A stretch of 63,675 nucleotides of DNA from Malacoraja senta (taxonomy: Eukaryota): assembly GCA_038087875.1 (NCBI GenBank), contig CM076000.1, forward strand, positions 2,418,001 through 2,481,675. The letters are read 5' to 3'. Positions 1 through 13,268 of this stretch are shown here, piece by piece. Each line of letters begins with the position of its first letter. Position 1 is the first letter of the stretch. The notes beneath the pieces are model-generated. The model made no database searches, was not told the DNA's origin, and saw only the letters and a program-made list of their open reading frames with translations. The translations under genes and the position numbers were made by a program.

Positions 1-727
1 AAAGAAGGGCCTGGACCCGAAACATCATCTATCCATCTTCTCGAGAGATGCTGCCTGACCCACTGAGTTATTAACCAGCATCTGCAATTCTTTGTTTTTG
101 TAAATTGGCCCTTATATGTACTGAGTGAATGGGAAAGTTGGAAAACATTGAAGTAGTGTGAACGGGTGATCGATGGTTGCTGTGGACTCGGTGGGCCGAA
201 GGGCCTGTTTCCATGCTATATCTCTAAACTGAATCTCTAAATTAGATACACCCCTGAGGAACTCCTGCGGCAGGGTGCTGAAACACTCTGCTTGGAGATA
301 GTTGCTACCTCTCACTCCATTTGGAGGTGGTCGCTGTGGGAGGGGAGTAAGTGATAATCAGACAGAGACTCCACACTTCCTGAGGTTATCTGTTGCCGGC
401 CCTGCTTTGTTCTGGCCTTTTCTCACGTCTAGTTTATTTCCATCCCCCTTCCCACCTATCTTTCAGTCTGAAGAAGGGTTCCGACCTGAAACAACACCTA
501 TATCTTTTCTCCAGCGATGCTGCCTGACTCTGATCCACTGACCCTCTCCAGAATTTTGTGTCTATCTTTCTTTTTCAAGTTTGATTTGGTGCCATGGCTT
601 TCAATGTGTACATCTCTGTCAATACCTATATCTCAGCTGCCAACTCTGGTTGATCTATTAAGCAATTGGAAACATCAGGAGGAGTCAAGGGTGTTGATTG
701 AAATGTATGATTCTGGAAGTAGAGTAA

Positions 728-916
728 AGGGCCTGTCCCACTTACACGACTTTTTCGGCGACTGCCGGCACCCGTCATAGGTCGTTACAGGTCACCGAAA
801 ATTTTCAACATGTTGAAAATCCAGCGGCGACCAGAACAAGGTACGACTCTTTGGGCGACTACTCACGACCGTACAGGCTTCACCCGCACATGTCGCCAGG
901 GTGTCGCCTGTATGGT
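728..916. mobile_element. PIF/Harbinger-type MITE, truncated (left arm only)
   Basis: TAA followed by AGGGCCTGTCCCACTT, the same terminal repeat as the complete copy at 53730-54044. A shorter left arm lies at 2079-2153. Confidence 0.65.
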
Positions 917-1239
917 CCAAGGTATGAAGATTGTTGAAAACAATCAGGATGATCCAAGGTATGAAGATTGTTGAAAACTATTTGATGATCATTTATAGCA
1001 CTTACAGATTGAATCAAACTGTGGATGGATTTTAAGAAAATAAATTTGCTGTCTTTACTTCATCTGGTCACTCTGGGTCACCAGATCAGTCCAGTTGATT
1101 CTGACCTCCCTCTGAAAAGACTCAGCAAATTCACTAGGTTCCGTTGGACTACCAGAGTAAAATGTAATATACATGACACCTATGAATGGTGCAGAATGAG
1201 TAGAGACACTTAATGCAACCATAACAAAGGAGAAACCAG

Positions 1240-1790
1240 TATGCGCCGTTGAAAGCTTTTTATCGGGATGCATCACAACATGGTTTGGGAACAGCTCCAT
1301 CCATGACCACAAGAAATTAGAGAATTGTGGACGCAGCCCAAATTATCACGCAAACCCACCTACCTTCCAAAGACTCCATCTACACCACGCTGCCTCGGCA
1401 ACACCCCCAGCATAATCGAGGACAAGTCTCACCATGGATATTCCATCTTCTCCCCTCTCCCATCAGGCAAGAGGTACAGAAGTGTGAAAATGCACACCTA
1501 CAGATTCAGGGACAGTTTCTTTCTAGCTGTTACCAGGCAACTGAACAATCCTATCACCAACTAGAGAGTGGTCCTGAGCTATTATCACTGGAGACCCCCG
1601 GACTTTCTTTAATCGGACTTTACTGGACTTTATCTTGCACTAAACGTTATTTCCTTTATTATGTATCTGTACGCTGTGGGCAGCTCAACAGTAATTATGC
1701 ACAGTCTTTCCGCTGACTTGTTAACAACAAAAAGCTTTTCACTGTGCTTCGGTACACATGACAATAGACTACACTAAACTAAGCCAAACT
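1240..1790 (+). mobile_element. Rex1/Babar-type LINE, 3' fragment (RT C-terminus plus 3' tail)
   Basis: Frameshifted translation GCITTWFGNS..DHKKL.RIVDAAQIITQTHLPS.DSIY..HGYSIFSPLPSGKRYRSVK.HT.RFRDSFF. Tail hairpin TTCACTGTG-CTTCGG-TACACATGACAATA followed by (CTAAA)n. Confidence 0.75.
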
Positions 1791-2191
1791 AAACCAGCCC
1801 AGGCTCCATTTTACTAATTCTATCTCATTCACATCCAGGAATCAGTGCCAAAATTGGAAGGGTTCTCTGATAACCTGAGAGTAGGCACTGGAGGCCAATT
1901 CACTGGATGTTTTCAAGAGAGAGATATAGCTCTTTGGGCTAATGGAATCAAGGGATATGGGAGGAAAGCAGGAACGGGATACTGATTTTGGATGATCAGC
2001 CATGATCATATTGAATGGCGGTGCAGGCTCAAAGGGCTGAATGGCCTACTCCTGCACATATTTTCTATGTTTCTATAAAGGGCCTGTCCCACTTACACAA
2101 CTTTTTCGGTGACAGCCGGCACCCGTCATAGGTCGCCGTAAATTTTCAACATGAAAGCAAGGTCATTTGAAAAAAACAATTGTTCAAATTT

Positions 2192-2480
2192 GGGTGGTGC
2201 AGTGGTAGAGTTGCTGCCTTACAGCACCAGACAGCAGGTTCAATCCTCACTACGGGTGCTGTTTGTACATTCTTCCCATAAGAGTGTGGGTGTTACTCCA
2301 AATGCTCCGGTTTCCTCCCGCATGCCAAAGACATGCAGGTTTCTAAGTTGATTAGCTTTGGTAAAATTATAAAATTGTCCCTAGTGTGTAGGATAGTGTT
2401 TGTGTATGGGTTGATGGCTGGTTGGTGCAGACTCGGTGGGCCAAAGGGCCTGTTTCTGTGCTGTATCTCTAAATTCTGAA
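2192..2480 (+). mobile_element. tRNA-derived HE1/V-SINE-type SINE
   Basis: A/B-box-like head (GGTGCAGTGGTAGAG...GGTTCAATCC), central GGTTTCCTCCC domain, CR1-like tail GGGCC(G/A)AAGGGCCTGTTTC. Confidence 0.8.
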
Positions 2481-2741
2481 ATAAAGTCCAAAGCTTTTGA
2501 GAGGTTATCAGGACCAATGAGCCGGGACACTCTTCTTCCTATGGTTCTGTTTATTAATCTTATAAACAACACTTCTAGACAGTCAGAATATTTTCCCCAT
2601 GATGGAAATATCAACTACTAGAGGGCATAGCTTTAAGGTGAGAGGGACAAAGTTTAAACAAGATGAGCTGGGCAGATTTGTTATACTGAGGGTGGCAAGT
2701 GTCTGGAAATGGTGGTGGAGGTGGATACAATAGTGTTTTTT

Positions 2742-3065
2742 TAGACTTTAGTTATACAGAGTGGCGACATGTCCTTAGGCCCATTGAGTCCACACCAACC
2801 AGTGATCACCCCATACACCAGCACTCCATACCCCATACTCCAGCACTCCATACCCCATACTCCAGCACTATCCTACACTCTAGGGACAATTTACAGAAGC
2901 CAATTAACCTACAAACCTGTACGTCTTTGGAGTGTGGGAGGAAACCGGAGCACAAGGAGAAAACCCATGCGGTCACAGGAAGAACATGGACAGACAATAG
3001 CCATAGTCAGGAGCACACCAGGGTTTCTGGTGCTGTAAGGCAGCATCTCTACTGTCGTGCACTGT
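2742..3065 (-). mobile_element. HE1/V-SINE-type SINE
   Basis: Reverse complement of the same consensus, with an internal short tandem duplication (ccagcactccataccccatac). Confidence 0.75.
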
Positions 3066-4861
3066 GCTGGCCCATTTTTATTATTACTTATTATTTAAGA
3101 GACTTTTGGATTACACATGGATACGCAGGGAATGGAGGGATATGGATTATGTGCTGGCAGATAAGAGTTGGTCTTGGCATCATGTTAGGCACAGACATTG
3201 TGGGCCAAAGGGCCTGCTCCTGTGCTGTTATATTCAATGTTCAATGTTTTATATTTACATGAAGCTCTCTTGATAATTAAATTAATTTGACAATTCTACC
3301 TCATTTTAATAATAGGATTTAGCTAAAAAAAACACTAATTAAAAAGCTAATTAAATATTAACAATCTCTAATTTACAATGTGATAATTCATCTTGGATGT
3401 AATTATCGAATATTCAGCTCATTCCATTACTGCATCTCTAAGCAACATATATTGACACAAAACAATGTCACCCATTCAGTATTTGTTTATTGTAATCCTA
3501 TAACATTTACGTTGCGGTGAATTAATCTAATTGCCACTTTGCAAGGAACCTTTCCTGCGATTATTTTTTTTTCCCCTCAAAGCGCAGTCATCTCGTTGCA
3601 TTCTTTTGTGTAATTCCATATTTATGAGATCCTTGGCCCAGTATGAAGCCCTCTTTCTTCAAACACAGCAGCCTCTTGTTTTCTTTCTTCCTCTTAGTCC
3701 CATTGTACATTGTCAGCGAGTTTATGCAATGCCTTTCATCATTCAGAACCTGAAGGTGGCCATATGTCAGCTACTTTTCTGTCGAAATAATTCAAGACAT
3801 TTCCAAGGAGGAAGCAGTACCAGCATCAAAGGCCATAGGATGAAAAGTAAAGACTGAACGTTAATTGCCGCTGAAAGAATTCAGCGAGCTCTTGAATCTG
3901 TAAAATAAAGCTCTTTCTTAAAGAATGTTGGGATTCATAGCTCCAACTGGAAAATTCAACGTCGCCATTGGTTCGATACTTGTTTCATTCTCTCTGCCAG
4001 CATAAAGACTCCATTATAAACAAAGCACTGTTGGCTAGAACTCCGTTATACTTAAAAATACAAATTTCTCCTCATTAGAGAATTTCAGATTTAGCTCTAA
4101 TTAGGTGGAGATTTGCCAATGAAAAGTTCAAATTAAAGTCCACAGATTTCACAGTGCAGCACTGGGCTTATAACAAAAAAATCACTTTATTGATTCATTT
4201 TCCTGCGTTTATCCTCCTCTGCTAAAGTTCACGTTCAGTTCAGTTTCTAAAGTAGGAAATCAAGCATTAAATCCCATAGACTAACTGATATAAGAACTTT
4301 TATTGAACAAAAATGCATCTCATAGAGTCATACAGCACGGAAACAGGCCCTTCGGCCCACCAGGTCCACGCCGACCAGCGATCCCCGCACATTAACACTA
4401 ATACGAGGGACAATTTACATTTATAACAAGCCAATTAACCTACAAATATGTACGTTTTTGGAGTGTGGGAGGAAACCAGGCAGAATGTACAAACTCCATA
4501 CCATAGCAGCCGTAGTCGGGATTGAACGCGGCACCGTAAGGCAGCATCTCTACCCCTGCGCCACCGTGCCGCCATTTGTAACTAATAGGATCTTCTGCTT
4601 TCAGTCTCTGAAGAATGTGGCATCAGGGAGTTGAATACAGTTGAATATAACTCAATATCTTCTGGGGAAGGGAGAAACGAAGATAACTGATAAGGATAGA
4701 AATTGTTTTCAGTCTTGCACCATGTTTAATTTGGTTTAGTTTATTGTCACGCGTACCAAGGTATAGTAGAAAACGTTTGTTGCATGCTAGCCAGTCAGCG
4801 GAAAAATGTTACATGATTACAATTGAGACATCCACACTGTACAGATACAGGATAAAGGGAG

Positions 4862-4965
4862 GTAGACAAAAGTGCTGGAGAAACTCAGCGGTTGCAGGAG
4901 CATCGATGGAGCGAAGGAAATAGGCAATGTTTCGGGACGAAACCCTTCTTCAGACTGGTCATCAG
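4862..4965 (-). mobile_element. Short Penelope-type element with a minimal hammerhead motif, flanked by a TSD
   Basis: Minus strand reads AGTCTGAAGAAGGGTTTCGTCCCGAAACATTG. Flanked by the direct repeat ACAGGATAAAGGGAG (4847-4861 and 4966-4980), inside a Rex1-type tail. Confidence 0.7.
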
Positions 4966-5611
4966 ACAGGATAAAGGGAGTAGTGTTTGGTGCAAGATAA
5001 AGTCCGATTAGAGATAGTCAGAGGGTCTCCAATAAGGTAGATAGTAGCTCAGGACCACTCTCCAGTTGTTGATAGCATGGTTCCGTTGCCTTATAGTGGA
5101 ACAATCATTAGAAATTCTGCTCCAGATTTTGAGTCCTGCCCAGAATTACACTTGAAAGTTATTAAGGCAAACAGGAGCATTTGATACAAAACAGGAAAGC
5201 AAACTTCTCGAGTATGTTAGCAGTGTAGGATATCTGGGAGTTCACCTTGAGGTCATATAGAGGAGTCAGGCTGAGACTGCTGACGAATGAGAAATATCCA
5301 AGAGAAACCAGCATATGTAAGTGAAATTCAGACATACGAACCTTTGAAGAATAAATCTTACATTGAATGACCTAAAGAAGATCAGTTGTAACTGCATAGA
5401 GGTTCAGACATTGCTGACTGCACAACCAGAAGACAATTTTAGTTTAGTTTAGTTTAGAGATTCAGCATGGGAACAGGCCCTTCGGCCCACTGAGTCCACC
5501 CCGACCATCGATCACTCATTCACACTAGTATAGTATAGTTTACTGTCACATGTACCAAGGAATAGTGAAAAGCTTCTTTGTTGCTTGCTAACCGGTCAGT
5601 GGAAAGACAGA

Positions 5612-6139
5612 GACTGTGTCCCCGCGGCCTCTCCATGGCGTTCAGCACCCAGCTCGCCTATTTCACCACCTCCACCCGGCGGGTCTCCGGTGCCGTCCCC
5701 AGTCACATCCCCCGGTCCCCTCCCCAGTCACTTCACCGGTGAGAGGAAGAGATGCGGATTCGTACCGCACACGCGCCGGACGGGTCAGCAGGCCACCCAT
5801 TAGATATGGCGATTTTGTGTAACCATTTATACTTCCCCATGTGCGTTATTAGCGTTTCGGCTACTGTATTGTTTAGCCACCATGTTGCCACGTATCTATG
5901 CTTTATTTTGTTTCTACAAGGAAAGATGTAGATTGGTTATTTCCTACTAACCAATTGTAGTGCTTGATAGTGGTAGCTCCACCTAATGTGCGATTTATAT
6001 TACCAAGAGCTTGCATACGGAATTCAGTCTGAGTAGCTGCTAGTTACTGTAACGTCCTGCAGACCAATGCCGTAAGTGGACTTTAATAAATATTTGTTGT
6101 ATCTAGATGTGTGTACGACTCGATTCATTACTCATTACA
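5612..6139 (+). mobile_element. Gypsy-type LTR retrotransposon 3' end: integrase C-terminus, PPT and 3' LTR (LTR 5927-6139)
   Basis: ORF ends YRTRAGRVSRPPIRYGDFV*, typical of a Gypsy pol C-terminus. Purine tract AAGGAAAGA lies just before TGTAG at 5927, AATAAA is at ~6085, and the LTR ends TTACA at 6139. Confidence 0.65.
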
Positions 6140-6803
6140 TCATTCTCTGACACCATAGATATCCTCACTTCAAGATCAATCGTACATACCGGTAAGTTGA
6201 ACGCATGGAGCCCCCAATATGTCAAAAATAACCAGGATAATCAAAAAGTTGCAGGCGGCTTGATTTCTGACACACATATGCTGGCAGGTAGAGTTCTCCT
6301 CAATGAATATATTACACAAAAATTACCACGTTGATCTATACTGGACTCCCTGTGTATGCAAGGAATAATATTCCTAACTCTTTTCCTCGGGTCGTCATTT
6401 TGTTGTGGTATAGCGAATATAAAATCAGGAAGTAAACCTGTAAAACAATATGCCTGATATTCCATCTACCTGAGTAGGAAATCTATGAGTTTCACAATGA
6501 CTACAGCAATCATTAAGTCCTGTCTCCCTCCACATACACTACACAAGTTGTCAGTCATCTATTGCTTGTTATCAGGCAACTGAATATCCTACCAACAAAT
6601 AGAGAGCAGTCCTGATCTACTTTCTACCTCATTGAGACCCTCGATCTATCTTTAATCGTACTTTACTGGACTCTATCATGCACAGAACAGTATTCCCTTT
6701 ACCATGTATCTGTACACTGTGGATGACTCGATTATAATCATGTATTGTCTTTCCGCTGACTGGTTAGCACACAACAAAACTTTTCACTGTACCTCGGTAA
6801 ATG

Positions 6804-8533
6804 TAGCAATGTTACAAAATTTTGAGATTTTAGAAATCAAGTCTGCAATTTATCCCATCAGATAAAGCATAAAAAGAAGTTTAATTTGACACCTAATTCA
6901 CTTTCATATCTTCAGTATTAAAGAAGTTATGGCCATTTTCATACTCTGAAATTAGCATCTTGTTCCCTATTGCTTTTCCATTGACTTCTCAAAAGCTGTG
7001 ATCGAGGACAGTCAAAAGCCCATAACATTCTTAAAAATTAAGAGAACTGAATGCAATTTTCAGTTATTATAGATTGAAGCATTCTGAAACAAATATGAAA
7101 CAATCTTACTTGCATGACCTGAAATTAAAGCATATAATTAGTTAGTTACCTCAACTGCGGGCACAGCGCGGACTCTCGGCGTGGAGCGGGCGAGCCCTCG
7201 CTGGAGGGGAGCGCTCCGTTCGCTGGCCCGCGGCAGCCTGAAGCCGCGGTCTGCAGAGCTCCGGCCGGCCTGCAGCCTGGGATCCCTCGCTGGGGACCCG
7301 GGAGAAGAAGAAGCTCCAACTCCGACGGCCGGCCCATGGCCAACTTCTACCACAGGCGCGGCGTGGACTTACCATCAGGAGCGGGGTCCCTCGCCGGGGA
7401 TCCCTGGAGGGGAGCTTCGACTGCCGGCCCTGCAGGCTGCGGTGCTTCTGGCTGCGGCGCGGCGGTAACTTTAAAACTCCGACCGCCGGCCTGCAGCCTA
7501 CACCAACCTGAAGCCACGGTCTCCGGTGGGGGAGGCACCGATTCAGGACTTACCTTGACTTTCATTCATCTGGATGCCCGCAGCGGCGGCTGCGGAGGGT
7601 TGAGGTCCCGATCACGGGGGATAATGGAGGAGGACTGGCCAAATTTTGTGCCTTCCACCACAGTGATGAATGCTGTGGAGGATGTTTGTGTTAACTTTTT
7701 ATTGTGTATTGTGTGTTCATTTTCATTGTACCGCTGCTGGCAAATTCATTTCACTTGCACTTTATGTGCAAGTGACGAATAATATTGATTATATTGATTG
7801 TATTGATATTGAATTGTAGCTAATTACAAAATTCAATTACTAGATCTAAACATCTATCCATTTCTTAAGAAAAGGTTAACATTTTTAAATAGCCTAAGTG
7901 TCCAAATAACATTCACACAAGAATTCACAATATAACATGATTTTTAAATCTCATTGTCATGAATTTATAGGCCAAATGGAAGGAATTTAGTGTTTAATTC
8001 CCGGAAATTAATGGGCATTTTAATCATCTTGCGAGTGGGTTTTTGTGGAACGCGATCGATTGGAATGTTGCGGTTTGTGGTGAATTTAAACCCCATATCG
8101 GCAGGAAAAACACTGCTGGTTCGTATGGGGCCCAAATCACATTTTCGCAACGTGAAATTTTGATTAAAGTAATCCTAAGCAGCAAGTTTATATGTAAAAT
8201 AAACGACTTACCTTGTTTTGTCCCGTACGTGAGATCCATTCCGTTGCCTGCGTTGACGGCGTTAGAAGTCGCTTTTTATTTTACTCCAGCGCTGCAATTG
8301 TCCCGCAGTTTAAAAAAATAATTTCCGAGAACGGAAGTCGGAACGAATTTTCAGCATCAGATCGGCAGTCGGAACGAATTTTCAGCATCAGATAGAAGCC
8401 CGAGAAAATATATCCCTGCAGGCAGGAGAAAATGGCATTGTAATCCCGCCCCCCCCTCAAAGGCGCCAAAGTCACGCACACGGCCAGTGACAGAACTGCA
8501 GCGCCGCTGAAGGTAAGTTTTGTAACATACCTA
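6804..8533. mobile_element. Unclassified non-autonomous DNA transposon (imperfect TIR, 7-bp TSD)
   Basis: Termini TAGCAATGTTACAAAA and TTTTGTAACATACCTA. GTAAATG is duplicated at 6797-6803 and 8534-8540. It splits a Rex1-type tail. Confidence 0.7.
7152..7811 (+). mobile_element. GC-rich non-autonomous retroelement with 3' hairpin and (TATTGA)n tail, nested in the DNA transposon
   Basis: Abrupt GC-rich insert in AT-rich host. Perfect 10-bp stem TCACTTGCAC-tttat-GTGCAAGTGA (7751-7775), then GAATAA and a microsatellite tail. Confidence 0.6.
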
Positions 8534-11302
8534 GTAAATGCAATAATAAATGAAACTAAAGTTTAGAGCCAGATGCCACAGAGACAAAAATGCTCTATTT
8601 GCTTCTTTGCAAGTCATTATTTAGAGGCTGTGCATTTATCGAATGGGGAACCAGAAAATGTTCATAGTGTAGCACGTCAGGCAGCATCTCTGGAGAATAT
8701 AGATAGACGTCTCAGGTCTGGACTCTTCTTCACACTGACGTATTTTCTGCTTTACCACCCTTTTACTCTTAATGTACTTGTAGAATCTCTTAGGATTTTT
8801 CTTTACCGTGACTGCCAAATTCATTTCATGTCTTCTTTATAGTCATGGAAGGATTCACTTGATCCTTATCTAAAACAAGTCATAATCCTGTAGACCTCCT
8901 CCTTCTGAGCTCCAGGAAGAACATGCCCAACATTTCCAGGCTAATTTTGTGACCAAAATCCACCATGCTTGGATCTGTACCTCTCCAGAACTTCATATCC
9001 TCCATAAAGAGAGGTCTTAGAGTCATAGAGTTATCATAAGTGATAAGAGCAGAATTAGGCCATTCAGCCCATCGTCCCACCATTCAATCATGGCTGATCT
9101 ATCTTTCCCTCTCAACCCCATTCTCCTACCTTCTCCCCATAATCCCTGACACCCGTACTAATTAAGTTAGTTATACAGCATGGAAACAGGTCTTCCGATC
9201 CAACTGTCGAAGGATCTGATGAAGGGTCCCAACCCAAAACGTTACCCATCCTTTTACTCCAGAGATGCTGCCTGACCCACCATGTTACTCCAGCATTTTG
9301 TGTCTATCCTGCAACCCAACTAGTCCATTTTGACCAAGATGCCCCAATCTAAGCTAGTCCCATTTGCCTGCATCTCTCTAAACCTTTCCTATCCATTCAT
9401 TTCCAAGGGTCTTTTAAATGCTGTTATAGTACCTGCATCAACTACTTCCTCTGGAGGTGACCAGAACTGGACCTAATTGTACACTTTCATCCAAAATAAT
9501 TACTTTGAGTCCACAGATGGATTAGTTTCCAGATTCTATGATCGTATAACTGAGGAGATCAGCTATTTTGAATGAACCATTTGTATACTGTATGGTCCCC
9601 TTAATGTGTACCCAAATATACCACAAAAATATAATATTTCAGAAAAGAACAATGTGAAAATCAATATAGTTGCATTTTGCTAGTATAGTTATTTATATCA
9701 AGCCTAAGGCAACTTTACTTTTATTAGCATACAGTAAAACACATTATGCAAATGGGCCTAAAACTAAATTCCAGTTGAAAGTAGCAGATTTGGACCAACC
9801 AAAAATATTCCATAATTGTATTATAATTAGTAACCACCTCATTATGAAAAAAAATTATTCAGCTCTTCAGCTACTCATTTTCATTCAGATGGGATTTAGG
9901 GTCAAGTTGGTCAGGAGGTTTAATTTGAAACAGAAAAATACAGATAGATGTGTACTTAAAGTCATAGAGGTGCTGGTAATATTACATTTTCAGGCTCCAG
10001 CTTAAATTAACTGAATGACGAACATCTACAGTGGCTGAGAAAGAAATATTCCAAAGATTCACAATCTCCCGAGGAAAGAAATATTCCTGTCTCAGTCCTT
10101 TGTGACTGATGCCTTATCCCTTGCCTATATTCCTAATTCTAGGCCCTTTATCTGAGGAAATATTCTTCCACCATCTACCCTGTCAATACTCTCAGCTGTT
10201 ATTGGATATAAAAATAGATGCAGTAGGCCATTCGGCCCTTAGAGCCAGCACCGCCATTCAATATGATCATGGCTGATCGTCTAAAATCAGTGCCCCGTTC
10301 CTGCTTTTTCCCCATATCCCTTGATTCCATTAGCCCTAAGAGCTAAATCTAACTCTCTCTTGAAAACATTCAGTGAATTGGCCTCCACTGCCTTCTGTGG
10401 CAGAGAATTCCACGAATTCCAGAGATGGTCAGGGTAGAGAGAAAAATAGCTAGAGATCAGTTATATTCAATTTATTAGTGATTTAGAATTTGCTAAATCC
10501 CTGTGGTGTCATACAGCATGGAAACAGGCCCTTCGGCCGAACTTACCCACACCGACCAACATGCCCCTACTACACTAGTCCCACCGACCTGCATTTGGCC
10601 CATATCCCTCTGAACCTATCCTATCCCTGTGCCTGTCTAAATATTTCTTAAACATTGCAATAGTACCTGCCTCAACTACCCCCTCCGGCTGCTCGTTCGA
10701 TATACCCAACACCCTTTGTGTAAAAAAAGTTACCCCTCAGGTTCCTCTTAAATTTTTTCCCCCTCACCTTCAACCTAGGTCCTCTGGTTCTCAATTCCCT
10801 TACTCTGGGCAAGAGACTCTGTGCGTCTACCCAATCTATTCCTCATGATTTTATACACCTCTATAAGAACACCCCTCATCCTCCTGCACTCCAAGATACT
10901 TTTAGAGAGGCACATGGATATGCAGGGAATGGAGGGATATGGATTACATGCAGATGGATAAAAGTTGGTCTTGGCATTAGGTTTGGCACAGACATTGTGG
11001 GCTGAACGGCCTGTCCTGTGCTATACTGTTCAATGTTCTATGTCAGCTGCCCTGTGCCTCGCTCTGGATAGTGATTATTGCCATATTACTCACTGGGAGA
11101 GTTGTCCTTGACATCATCCAACCAACCCTCAGCTAGCCTGCTGAAGAGTTCTGTTTTCATCAGCACCTATCAGCAGTGGGAAAGTTAGCTTAGTCCTGGG
11201 TTCTAGGTGGTGAATTGTCATTCCGAGGGGCATTGATCCAAAACGGAGCTCTGTATCTCTATACATGATATTGTCTTAACGGAGTAGGTTCTTATTCTTT
11301 AT

Positions 11303-11628
11303 GGGCAGCACAGTGGTGCAGCTGGTAGAGCCGCTGCCTCACAGCACCAGAGACCCGGGTTTGATCCTGACCTCAGGTGCTGTCTTTGTGGTGTTTGCAC
11401 ATTCTCCCTGTGACCGCGTGGGTTTCCTCCGGCTGCTTCGGTTCCTTCCGACGTCCCAAAGACGTGTGGGTACGTAGGTTAATTGGCCTCTGTAAATTGC
11501 TCCTAGTGTGTAGGGACTGGATGAGAAAGTGGGATAACATAAAACTAGTGTGAACGGGTGATTGATGCTCGGCATAGACTTGGTGGGCCAAAGTGCCTGT
11601 TTCCATGCTGTATCTGTCAATCGATCAA
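11303..11628 (+). mobile_element. HE1/V-SINE-type SINE, near full length
   Basis: GGGCAGCACAGTGGTGCAGCTGGTAGAG...GGGTTTGATCC head, V-domain-like core, CR1-like tail. Confidence 0.85.
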
Positions 11629-13230
11629 TTGTACCTATGAAAAAGGCCATTAACATTTTAAGCTTAAGTATGTTTTATTAAAAAATAATACATTAAAGAA
11701 TGTAAACAAAAAATGAAAGGAATTTAGGTTTGCTCTGCAGCATAAAATGGGTGCGAGACAATGTCTGTCCCAATTTCCATTCCCATGAGTAACGGGCAAC
11801 TCATCTGATATCACTCTGCTTGTCTTATTACCAATACATCTGCACTGTTACATAAAATCAAAATTATTCCATGCACATAAAAAAGTATTGCCAATATAAT
11901 TTGTGGTATTATGTAAACAAATGTGTGTACCTATAAGGTTGGCATCATTATTATCTCGTCATTATTATGTTGAATCATGTATCAACTGCCACAACACTCT
12001 CTGAAGCATACCTTGGAAATTTGTATATTAGCTGTTGTATAAACAGAGAGACAAGGAACTACAGATGCTGGAATCTTGAGCAAAACACACACGGTTCTGG
12101 AGGAATTCAGCAGGTTAGGCGGCATCTGTGGAGGGAATGCATAGGCAGCGTTTCAGGTCGGAATCCTTTCTCAGATTCAATTCCGATTCTAAAGCCCTAA
12201 TCCAGATTCCCAGATGTCACTGGGCAACTGAACCATCCTATCAACAACGAGAGAGCTGTCCTAAGCTACCATCTACCTCATTGGAGATCCTTGGACAAAC
12301 TTTAATTAGACCTTATTGGAATTATCTTGCAGTAAACATTATTCCCTTTATGCTGTATCTGTACACTGTGGATTGTTCAATTGTAATCATGTATGGTATT
12401 TCCGCTGACTGGATAGCACACGACAAAAAGCTTTTCACAGTACCTCGGTATACAGTACATGACAATAAACTAAACTAAACTAAACTAAACCAAAACGTCA
12501 CTAGGCATTCCCTCTACAGATGCTGCTTGACACCTTGAGTTCCACCAGCACTTTGTGTTTTGTTGTATAGACAGAAATGCTTCCTGATATTCATTGTTTA
12601 GATGTGTTCTGTAACACACCATAAGTACTAGGAGAATACAGAACACTAATTGGTTAATATTTAAATGTATTTCATGGACAGTGAGACCTTCTAGCTAGAG
12701 CATGGTGCTTCATACTCATTATTGAGAAGGTGTATTCCTGGACATCAGTTTCAATGCCATTTCAAACTAGCAAACACAAAGATTGAACTTTCAGTCTGAA
12801 GAAGGGTCCCGAAACAAAATGTTATCTACTCCTTTTCTCCAGAAATGCTGTCTGACCTGCTGAGTTACTCCAGCATTTTGTGTCTATCTTCAGTGTAAAC
12901 CAGCATCTGCAGTTCCTTCCTAAACAAAGATCAGACTAATCCATGCTTATTACCCAGAAAGAAACAGACTTCTTAAGTGAAAATTATTTGTGGTAATTGT
13001 CTATTTCTTTTGTTCAAACAGCATATATGATGTGTCCTCAATATGGAACATCAAAACAATTACTCTGGTGTTGGATAGACACCTGTACCTTTATTAAATT
13101 ATCTACAGCTGTATTTTAAAAATGAATAATATTTGCTTTAATGGTATTTGCTTTTCTTTGATATAAAGCCACTGCTTATCTGAACATTTGGAGGGAAACC
13201 ACTATAATCCTATTTTATCTCTAGAGGTGC

Positions 13231-13235
<5 letters not shown>

Positions 13236-13265
<30 letters not shown>
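13236..13265. repeat. (TA)n microsatellite
   Basis: Direct reading. Confidence 0.95.

Positions 13266-13268
<3 letters not shown>

Noticed and set aside
2699..3262. 187-aa ORF, and similar short ORFs such as CGRKPEHPEKTHAVTGR
   Set aside because: These are recurrent antisense translations of the SINE consensus.
3827..3898. Minus-strand exon reading IQELAEFFQRQLTFSLYFSSYGL*
   Set aside because: The acceptor is plausible, but all three frames stop quickly, no donor is evident and the peptide is not recognised.
7138..7782. Cluster of overlapping GC-rich ORFs / CpG-island promoter
   Set aside because: They lie wholly inside a nested retroposon, and stops are simply scarce at high GC.
11303..11380. 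tRNA gene (and similar heads elsewhere)
   Set aside because: The A/B boxes belong to SINE heads followed by SINE core and tail. No complete cloverleaf is supported.
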